Below are positions 1 through 11,050 of a stretch of 64,000 nucleotides of DNA, piece after piece. The stretch is taken from the NCBI GenBank assembly GCA_905178155.1, contig CAJINV010000011.1, positions 3,133,144 to 3,197,143 on the forward strand, read 5' to 3'. The notes beneath the pieces are model-generated. The model was not told the origin of the DNA and ran no database searches. It was given only the letters and a program-made list of their open reading frames with translations. The first letter of the stretch is position 1, and each line of letters opens with the position of its first letter. The position numbers were made by a program, and so were the translations under genes. Source of the stretch: Amoebophrya sp. A120 (lineage: Eukaryota > Protista > Dinoflagellata).

Positions 1-3000
1 AAAGCGGACCCCACTCGCGCCATGCCGTAGCAAGACATGGAGGATCCCAGTCGCGCGAACCTGCGGAAGGAGAAGGAAGAGCCGAGTTGCACGTAGTCGA
101 GAATGGACAAACAACTCGACACTTTCCCGATCCCGTAGACGGACATGGAGCTTCCCAGTCGGCAGAAGTACCGCGTGGAAATGTTCGACCCGACCTGGGA
201 AAAGTCCAAGGTGGACAACATCGAACCCAGCCGGATCTGCCCGTAGAGGCTGCAGCTACTCCCCAGTCTGGAGAACGTTCTGGTGCTGAACGCGGAGCCC
301 ATGTTCACGAAGTCCAAGATCGACAACGCGGACCCGAGCTTGGAAATGCCCCAGATGGACACGCAGCTGCCGAGTCTGGCGAACCCGCGGACGGAGCAGG
401 TGGAGGACAAAGTCAGTAAATCCAAGACGGATAAGCTGCTGCCCATCCTCGCCATTCCGAACACGGAGATCGAGCTGCCCAACCGCGCCATCGACCGCAA
501 AGAGAAACTCGACGCGAGATGCGTGAAGTCCAACACCGACAAGGAACTCCCGATCCTGCCCATGCCGTAGAAGGAGCAGGTGGATCCTAACCTTCCGAAC
601 GTCCGGAGCGATATGGTCGACCCGAGCGAGTTGAAATCGACGACGGAGACGAAGGAGCCCAGTCGTTGCATTCCGAAGACGGAGATAGAAGACCCGATCC
701 TTGCAAACATCCGTAATGACAAGCAACTCCCGACCTGGAAGAAGTCCAAGGTGGATAAACACCGGTTTGGGTCCCTGCAGTCGAAGTGCCTTTGCGCCAA
801 CCTCGCGCCGCCGAAGATGGACAGAGTTGATCCCATTCGCGCGTAACCGCGTAAGGACAGCGCCGACCCGATGTAGCAGGAATCCAACACGGAGCACGGG
901 TGGAATTTCGATAACCTCGCCAGCCCGTACAGCGATAAACTCGACCCCATCCTGGTGAACTGCCGGACTCTCGCGCCGCCGCCCCGCACATTCCCGCGGA
1001 ACTGGAAGTGGAAACCGTTCTGGTTGTTCGCGAGAATGGTGGATGGGAAGTACGCCATCACGTACCGGGGGTTCTCGATCGCCTCGCCGAAGGTCACCGT
1101 GCCGGTGTGGAAGGTTTCAATCCGATTCCACACTGTCGCGCTTGTCACCGCGAAATCGTGTGTATAATACGCTTGGAAGTAGTTCTGGATGTAGTCCGTG
1201 TCCGCGCCGGTCACTTCGAACCCAAACGGGTGCTGATCCCGTAGGTCAAAAGTCACCTCAAACTGCCCGTTCCCAGACACCGCGACACCGTCGGTCGCCG
1301 TCCCCCCGATCGGGTCCGGGAAAATGATGTCGTTTAAAGTCCCGCCGGAAAGCGACGCGACGCCCGACTGAATGAAGTCGGTGATCGACAGTTTTCCCGT
1401 GAGAGGTCCGCCACCGAGTCTTGTCGGGAACATCCCTCGGCCGAGATTCACGAAGTCCAACACGGAGAGACTCTTTCCGATGGTTGCGACCCCGTAGGCT
1501 GAGAAGGAAGAACCCAGTCTGACAAAAGACCGCAGCGTTAAGCTCGATCCCATCTGACAGAACGACATCACGGACAGGCTGGACGCGAGCTGCACGAGCC
1601 CGTAGTTGGACAAAGCCGAGCCTAACCGGAAAAACTTCCGAACGGACAGTTCATTCGCACCGACGCCGAAGTCCAAAATCGACAGGCAGGACCCCAATCG
1701 AGCGCATTTGTAGCAACTAGCCGAGCTGCCGACGCGGAAGAAGGACCTTAACGAGACAGAAGACCCAAAAGTCGCAAAATCCAAGCAGGATAAACACGAC
1801 CCCAGCCTCGCCATCCCGTACAGAGATAACGCGACGTTGCCCCGTTGGTGCCTGCTCGCGGCGTTGTTGTGAATGGAATACGCCGCGCCGATTCTCGCAA
1901 AGTGCCGGACGGAAAGGCTGGAACCGAAGGAAACGTAATCCAACACGGACAAGCAACTGGACAGTCTCGCCGTGCCGAACACGCTGATCGTAGATCCGGC
2001 CTTCATGTAGCTTCTCAACGACATGGAACTTCCGAAGTGGACGAAATCGACAATACTAATCGCCGACGACATCCGGGTCAGCCCGTAGACGGAAATACTG
2101 GACCCAAACCGTGCGAACGTTCGCATCGACAACATGGACCCGAAGTGGACGTGGTCCAGGAGGGACAAGGAAGATCCGAGCGTCATGGTTTGGTAAATCG
2201 ACATCTCACAACCCAATCTCGCGAAAGACCGGAGGGACATGCAACTCCCAAAGTGGATCGCGTCGATTACGGACATGGCAGATCCGAACCGGCTCATCCC
2301 GTAGAGGGACAAAGAAGATCCCATCCGCAGAGTACTCCTGATCGACAAGGATTTCCCTAAGGACAGAAAATCCAAAACGGACACCTGCGACCCGAGCTTG
2401 CACAGCCCGTAGATGGAAAAAGTACTTCCCATGCGCGCGAAGCTCCGCAGACTGTAGCTACTGCCGACGAAGAGGTAATCGAGGACGCTCAAACTGCTTC
2501 CCATCTGCATGAGGCCGTAGCAGGAGGTGCTGCTTCCCAACCGGTTGAATGCGCGGACGGAGATCGCGGACCCGCAGCTGATCGTGTCGAGCAGCGAGAA
2601 CTGCGACCCGAGTCGGCTGATCCCGTACACGGATAGAGAGCTGCTCATCTTGCACAGCTTTCGGATCGACAGACCGGAGGATAACACCGCGAAATCCAGA
2701 ACGCTCAAACTCGACCCGAAGAGCGACAACCCGTAGATCGACAACGAGCTTCCGAGCGCCTGCAGAGACCGTAGCGAATAGGACGACCCAAAAGTCACGA
2801 AGTCCAACACGGAAAGCGCTGATCCGAACCTGTGGCAACCGTACACGGACATCGTCGATCCCATGCGCATAAAGCTCCGGACTGACAAAGCCGAACCGAG
2901 AACGCAGTAGTCCATGACGGAGAAGCTGCTGGCGAACCGGGAAATGCCGAAGAGGGATAATGAACTGCCCATCCTCGCGAACATCCGCACGCTCATCGTG

Positions 3001-6000
3001 CTGCCGAGGGACACGTAGTCGAGAATAGAAAGAGACGATCCCAGCCTCGCGAGCCCGTACACAGAAACTGCGCTGCCCATCCGAATAAACCCTCGCAAAG
3101 AGATCGACGAGCCGATGTGGAACATGTCCAGAATCGACAAAACCGACGCGATTTTCGTCAGTCCGTACACCGAGCAGGTGCTCCCGAGTCGGCTGTAGCT
3201 TCGCAACGACAGTTGGGAGCCGATCGTGAAGTAGTCGAACAGCGACATGCTGCTTCCCAGCCGGCTGCACCCGTAGGTCGACATCGTGCTGCCCAGGCGG
3301 CACAGACCGCGGATGGAAAAACTGGAGCCCAGGCTGACGCAGTCCAAAATCGACATCCCGGACCCGATTCGCGCGATCCCGAAGACGGACAAAGATTGCT
3401 CGAACCGCCCGTAGGTACGGAGCGATAAAGAACTCCCGATGTATAAGTAGTCCAGCAACGAGACACTGCTCCCCATCCGGCCAATCCCGTACACCGACAG
3501 ACTGCTTCCGAATCTCGCGCAGCAGGACCGGAGGGAGACCGTGGAGCCTAGGGAGAGTAAATCCAAGATCGACACGTTCATCCCTAATTTCGAAACCCCA
3601 AACACGGAAAGACTGGATCCCGCTCGGTAGAACCCGCGGACGGACAATGAGCTGCCCAACTGCAGCACGTCCAGAACGGACAGACTCGACCCTAATGTGG
3701 AAATCCCGAACACGGACATGCTGGAGCCCAGTCGGACAAACGACCGCAGGCTGACCGCCGAGCTGAACCAGGAAAAGTCCAGACTGCTCATGGCGGACCC
3801 TAGTCTCGCAACGCCGAAGATCGACACCGTCGACCCTAATCTCGCGAACGACCTTAGACTGTAGCTACTAGCGCACACGATGAAGTCCAGGAGCGAGATC
3901 GTGGACCCAGACCTCGCCAAGCCGTAGACGGAGAGACTACTTCCAAACCGGTTGAAGTTCCGCATGGACAATCCGGAACCGAGGCTCAGCATGTCCAGAA
4001 CGGAGATGCTCGACGTGATCTGCTGCATGGCGTAAACGGAAAAGGAGGAGCCCATCCGGACCAAACTTCGCATCGACAGTCCGCTCCCGTAGCTCGCCGC
4101 GTCTAAAACTGACATCCGCGACCCGAGTCGGACCAGCCCGAACATGGATAAACTCGACCCGATCCTCGCGAACATCCGCACCGAGAGGGAAGATGAATGC
4201 GCACAGGTGTCGCAGATCGAGAAGCTGGATCCGATTCGCACCATGCCGTACAAGCTGTGCGTGCTCCCCAACCTCGCCATGGACCGGAGGGAAACCGACG
4301 ACCCGAGGGTTATCGCGTCCAAAACGGAGAAGTGCGACCCGAGTCGGCACATCCCGTAGATGGACAGAACGGAGCCGACTCGGCAGAAGCCCCGCAGGGA
4401 TAAACTACTCCCGAGTAGTAAATTGTCCAACGTCGACAGATTCGACCCCAGCTTGGCTAACCCGTATAACGAAACCACGCTTCCTAACCGGAAAAACGAT
4501 CGGACAGAAAACGCAGACCCGAGAACGGTGGCGTCGAGGAGGGAGGTTAACGAGCCCAATCTGTTGATCCCGTAGACGCTCAAGCTCGATCCCATCCGGA
4601 AGCAGTAGCGCAGACTCATACTGCTACCGATTGACAAATGGTCGATGATGGAAAACGCGGACCCGAATCTCGTGAAGCCGTAGACGGATAGGGAGGAGCC
4701 CAACCTGCAGTAGTTGCGAATGGACATGCAACTGGAGAGTTGGAACAGATCCAACACCGACGCGCTCATCCCCATCGTGTTGATCCCGTACAGCGACAAA
4801 CTGCTGCCAAATCGCATGCTCGTCCTTACCGACAGTGCGCTGCTGAAGTTCATGAAGTCCAGGATCGACATCGTGCTGCCGCACCGCATTACCCCGAAGA
4901 TGGACAGAGAACTGCCCAATCTCGAGAAGGATCTGACGGACAGCGAGGAAGCCAAGGAGGAGAACTCCAAAGCGGAAACCGCAGACCCCAATCGCGCGAC
5001 GCCGTACACACTGCAACTCGAGCCGATCCGGTAGAAGTACCGCGTGGAAAACGTACTCCCCAGACTTGCAAACGCCAGTACAGAAACGCAGCTCCCGAGC
5101 TTCGTGCAGCCGTACACACTGCAGCTACTTCCCATCCGCGCAAAGGAACGGAGAGATAGGGACGATGCGAACACGCAGCTGCCGAGCGCGGACATCTGGG
5201 AACCGAGGCGTAGAAATCCGTAGACGGACACAGACGAGCCCAACCTCGTCGCCATCCGGATCGAGATGCTGGACCCGAAGGAAACGAAGTCTAGCATCGA
5301 GGCAGAAGACCCGAGTCGTTCCATCCCGAACACAGAAAACGAAGATCCGAATCTCGTGCACCCACGGAGCGACAGACTCGAGGTCAGCATCACCGCGCCG
5401 AAAACGCTCATCGTGGATCCGAACCACGAGTAACTCCGCATGGACAAAGTGCTCCCGCACTCGATGAAGTCCAACGCGGACAAACTGGATCCCAGTTTCG
5501 CGATGCCGTACACCGACGCGTAGCCGCCCGCTCGCCCGTACGTCCGGAGGGACAGGGAAGAACCGAGATTCATGAAGTCCAGCACGGAGATACTACTTCC
5601 CAGCCTGCTCGTTCCGAAAAACGAGAGCGACTTCGCGATCTGGAAGTTCGCGAAGAAACCGTCGCAACCGACGCGGCCAAAGCTCCGTACAGAAATCGAC
5701 GACCCGAACGTGCACCACTGCGCCAGCGACATCGCGGATCCGAGCTTTCCGAACCCGAACACGGAAAAGGAAGAACCGTAACGGGTGAAGGAGCGGACGG
5801 ACATACAGGACCCGAAGTGGATGAAGTTCAGCAGCGAGAACGCGGACCCGAGCCGCGCGCACCCGTACGCCGACATCGCGGATCCGAGCCGCATGAACGA
5901 TCGGACGGACGTGCAGGACCCGAGGTGGAGAAGGTCTAAAACGGACAAACTTGACCCCAGCTTCGTGAACCCGTAGATCGACAGCGCGGACCCCATGCGG

Positions 6001-9000
6001 CCGATTCTTCGGAGCGAAATCGAAGAACCGAAGCTCACGTAATCCAACACGGAAAGTGCGGAGCCGAACCTCGCCGTTCCGTACAGGGAGAGACAGGATT
6101 TCCCCAACCTGGAAAAGCTCGCGACGGAAAAGCTGGATCCGAACTGCACGAAGTCCAGCACGGAACAGGAGGATCCCATTCGCGCGAACCCGTAGCTGGA
6201 GAAGGAGCTCCCTAACCGCAAAAACCCACGGGCTGATAACGACGATCCGATGCTGATGAAGGCCAGGATGGACAAACTGGAACCAATTCTGGTCGTTCCG
6301 TAGACGGAGAGCATAGAGCCTAGTCGGCCAAACGCTTTCAATGAGATGGAACTTCCCATGCACACGTAGTCGACCATAGACAACGTCGAGCCCAATCTGC
6401 TGATGCCGTAGACGGACAGCGCGGAGCCGAATCGGGAGAAGCCTCGGAGGGACAAAGACGATCCGAACAGCACGTAGTCGAGCATCGAGACGGATGAACC
6501 GAGCTTCACGAACCCGTAGATACTGGTTCCGGAACCCAATCGCGCTAGCGTTCTGACGGAAAGGGTTGACCCTAACGTGAAGTAATCGCAGAGCGAAAAG
6601 GCCGACCCGAGGTGACTGATGCCGAAGAAGGATAAGGATGATCCTAACCGGGCAATACTCCGCATAGACATGCTGGACCCGCAGGAGATCGTATCCAGGA
6701 TCGAGAACGAGCTGCCCAGTCTCGAGGCGCCGTAGATGGACAAAGAGCTAGCCATCCGTGCGAAGGTCCGCAGGGATAAAGAGCTGCTCAGCCACACGGC
6801 GTCTAAAACGGACAATCCCGAGCCGCACATCGTCATGCCGAAGACGGAAACGGTTGAGCCCAATCTGCTGTACGTTCGCAGTGACAGCGCGGAGCCGAAG
6901 TGGATCCAGTCGACGACGGAGACACTTGAACCGAGTTTCGTGAACCCGAACAGGGATAAAGAGCTCCCCAGCCTCGCGACAGACCTTAAGGAGAAGGAGC
7001 TGCCAATCTGCAAGAAGTCCAGCACGGAAATCTGGGATTTCATCGCCCCGATGCCGTACATGCTCACGGTGGACCCCAGTCGGGTGAAACTCCGCGGTCT
7101 TATCTGCCCTAGTGCCAAGTAGTCCAGCACGGAACAGCTGCTGCCGATCGAGCTGAACCCAAACACGGACAACGAACTCCCCAGCCGCGAGAAGCTTCGC
7201 AGGGACAATGCGCTACCTAAACTGAAGTGGTCCAAAGCCGACATGCTGGACCCGAGCCGCGCCACTCCGTACAGCGAGATCGCAGAGCCTAGTCTCAGAA
7301 ACCCGCGGGTGGAAAAGCTGCTTCCGACGTTGTAAAAGTCCAGGATCGACAAGCAACTGCCGAATCGCATTTGCCCAGACACTGAAATGGCACTGCCGAA
7401 GCGAGAGAAGCACCTTACGGACAGCGAGCTCCCGAGGTGCACGGAGTCGAGGACCGACAGTTCCTTTCCAATCCTGGCCAAATAGTAGCAGCTCATCGCG
7501 GATCCGCACCGGAAAAACTGCCGGAGCGACATCGAAGACCCCGCTTGGACCAGATCGAGAACGGACAAGCTCGAACCGCATCTCGCGACACCGTAGAGCG
7601 AGAACATCATGGCGCTGCCCATGCGGAAGAAGGACCGAAGACTGACGGAAGACCCGATGGTGATGTAGTCGAGTTGCGACATCTGCAATCCTAGTCTCGT
7701 CATTCCGTAGATGCTGTAGACCGATCCCATGCGACTGTAGCTCCGCGCGGAAAACTCCTGGCCTAAGTGTAGGTGATCCAGTAGCGATAAACTGTAACCT
7801 AATTTAGCCGTTCCGTAGCAGGACAATGCGGATCCGTATCGGCACAAACCTCGGACGGACAACCCACTCCCCATGCTGACGCAGTCGAGCAGGGAGAGTG
7901 TTGACCCTAGTCGCGCCATGCCGAACATGGAGAGAGAACTCCCACATCTTGCCGCTTTCCGGATGGAAATGCTGCTCCCTACGTGCACGAAGTCCAGTAC
8001 CGACAGTTGCGACCCGATGCGGAAAAAACCGTACACGGAGAAGCTGCTGCCTATTCTCGCCATGTTCCGGATTGAGAGCGCTGAGGACATCATAAGCACG
8101 TCTAACACACTCATGGAACTCGACATCCGCGACAGGCTGTACAAGGACAGAGTCGACCCGAGCCTGCTAAACGACCGCAAAGAGTAGCTGGACCCCATGT
8201 AGAGCGCGTCTAACACGGACATGCTGCTTCCGCACCGCGAGATGCCGTACAGCGACATGGACCGGCAGGTGCGACTAAAGCCCCGCAGCGACATGGAGGA
8301 GCAGAGGTACGCCTGGTCCAAAACCGAGATCGCGGAACCTAGTCTCGTCATTCCGTACACGGAGAGCGCGGAGCCGCACCGGACAAAGTTCCGGACGGAA
8401 AACCCGGACCCCATCTCCACGAAATTCAGCACCGACATCGCACTACCGAATCTCGCCATGCCGTACACGGAGAGCGAGCTCCCCAGCCGGGAGAACGTCC
8501 GCACGCTGCACGTACTGGCGCAGATCGCCGCGTCTAGTAAAGATAAGCTGGATCCGAGCCGCGCAATCCCGAACACGGACAAAGCCGACCCCAACCGCAT
8601 CTGGCAGCGCAACGACATGGAACTGCCGACCGCGACGGCGTCCAAGACACTCATGGACGAACCCATCCTGCTGACGCCGAACACGGACAGACTAGACCCC
8701 AACCTCGCCAGTCCTCTGCAACTGAAGCTGCTGCCGAAGTGCGTGAAGTCCAGGATCGACATCGCGGAGCCGTACCGCGACATGCCGTACACGGAGACGG
8801 AATGGCCGAGTCGCGCGTACGCACGCATGGAAAGCGAACTTCCCATGTGCAGCGAGTCCAGCACGGAGCAGGAACTTCCGATGTGCTGAATCCCGTAGCA
8901 GCTCATCGCACTGCCCATCCGCACTAAATTCCGGATCGACAAACCCATGCACATGTCTTGCGTCGAGAAGTGATTGGCTAAAAACACCGCGTCGAGGACG

Positions 9001-11050
9001 GAAACACTGGACCCCAACCTCGCAATCCCGTAGATGGAGATCGAGGATCCGATCCGAACGAAACTCCTCAATGACGTCGTAGATCCTATGTGCGCCATGT
9101 CTAGAAGCGACAAACAAGATCCTAACCGCGTGCACCCGTAGACGGACAGACTGGAGCCTAACCTCGCCAGTGTTCTGGTCGACAAACTGGACCCAAAGTG
9201 CACGAAGTCCAACACGGAAATCGAGCTTCCCAGTCGCGCCGCGCCGTACAAGGAGAGACAACTCCCGAGCCGCGCGAAATTTCGCAACGACAGCGCGGAC
9301 CCGAAATGCGAGCAGTCGAGTAGAGACAGGCTGCTGCCGAGGTGGGAGATCCCGTAGAGGGATAATGTCGACCCAACCCGGCAGTACCGGTTCAGCGACA
9401 CGGAGGACCCCAAGTGCGTGAAGTCGATCAGGGAAACCAGCGATCCTAACCTCGTCATTCCGTACACGGAGAACGTGGACCCGAACCGGCTGTAGGACCG
9501 CAACGACAAAGAACTTCCCATCGTCACGAAATCCAGCGCGGACAGACTGCTCCCGAACCTGGCGCACCCGAAGGCGGACAGAGCGGACCCGAGTCTCTTG
9601 AAGGATTGCACCGACACGCTCGATCCGTAGTAGCCCTGCTGGCCGACGGAGAGGTAGGAGCCCATCCGCGTGTTCCCGAAGACCGAGCACGTACTCCCCG
9701 CGCGGAAGAAGGTGCGGAGAGACATCGAACTACCCATGTTGCCCTGATCTAAAATCGACAACGTTGACCCGACTCGCGCCAACCCGTAGACCGAAATGCT
9801 GCTTCCCATCCGCGTGTACCGCCTAATTGAGATCGACGACCCGAGATGGTAGTAGTCCAACGCGGAGCAGATCGACCCTAGCCTCGTGAAGCCGTAGATC
9901 GACAGGGAACTGCCCAACCGGCACGTCGCGCGGAGGGAGAGGGAGGAGCCCAATCCCATGAAGTCCAGCATGGTCAGGTTCGACCCTAATCTGACCGTCC
10001 CGTACACTGACAAGGCGGACCCGAGGCGCGCGAAGTACCGCAAGGAGACCGCGGTGCCGATGGACACCAGATCCAGTATCGACAGATTCGACGCCATCGT
10101 GCAAATCCGGAACACGGACAGGCTGCTTCCGAGCCGCGAGAACGACCGTAAGCTGATCGCACTGCCGAGCGCGATGTGGTCGAGGATACTGCACCCGGAG
10201 CCGAGTTTGCCCAGCCCGTACACACTCATGCTGCTTCCGCACCGGCCTATCTTTCTCAACGACAAACTGGACCCGATCAGGACGAAATCCAACACTGAGT
10301 ACCCGGATCCCATTCGGTTCATGCCGAAGATCGACATCGCGGACCCCAGGCGGCCGAAGGAGCGGAGGGACAGGGAGGACGCCATGTTCAGGTAGTCGAG
10401 TAAAGACAGCATCGACCCGATCCTCGTGATCCCGAAGACGGAAAAGGTTGACCCTAATCTGCCCATCGTTCTCACCGACAAAGTCGACCCGAGCTGGCAG
10501 TAGTCCATGATACTCAAAGAGCTCCCCAACCTCGTCATGCCGTACACGGATACCCCGGACCCGAACCGGGACAAGGTTCTGATACTGTAGCTCGACCCGA
10601 GGAAGAGGTAGTCCAACACCGACAAACTACTCCCGTACCGCTGCACGCCGTAGACGGAAAGCCCAGAACCCAGCTTCGAGCACATCCGGATGGACAACGT
10701 GGAGGAGAAATCCACGCAGTTCAGCACCGACTGGCAGGAACCCAAAATCGTCTTCATGTAGACTGACAACGAAGTTCCTAGTCTCACAAACGGGTAGTAG
10801 GGCCGGTTGAACTGGTCCACGGGTAGTGGCCCTGGTCTGCCTAAGGAGAGCGAGCTACCCAGGTGCGCGCACCCGAGAACGGACACGGACTCGCCGAACC
10901 GACCGAACCCGGTCAAGGATAAGGTGCTCCCTAGCCTGGCGAAGGATCGCAACGACACCGCTGATCGGAAGGAGATGAAGTCGTAGACCGAGAGCTTCTC
11001 CCCGAATCCGGCAAAATACCGGACCGACAGCTGGTTCCCGAAGTAGCCCA
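1..11050 (-). repeat. Coding tandem repeat, 12-aa units in a 36-aa (108-nt) super-period
   Basis: Three unit types cycle: SVYG/SVFG, SVLDF/Y and SLRSF/SVR, each followed by (R)LGSS. Copies are diverged at the nucleotide level. Confidence 0.9.

Noticed and set aside
87-10395. Many plus-strand ORFs with DPSR/TEIE-like repeats, and minus ORFs in other frames
   Set aside because: They are shadows of the giant minus-strand frame. They are fragmented by TAG stops (arising opposite C-TAC on the minus strand) and share one register.
283-10395. Possible TAG read-through or alternative genetic code on the plus strand
   Set aside because: The minus frame is open under the standard code, and other genes end in ordinary stops.
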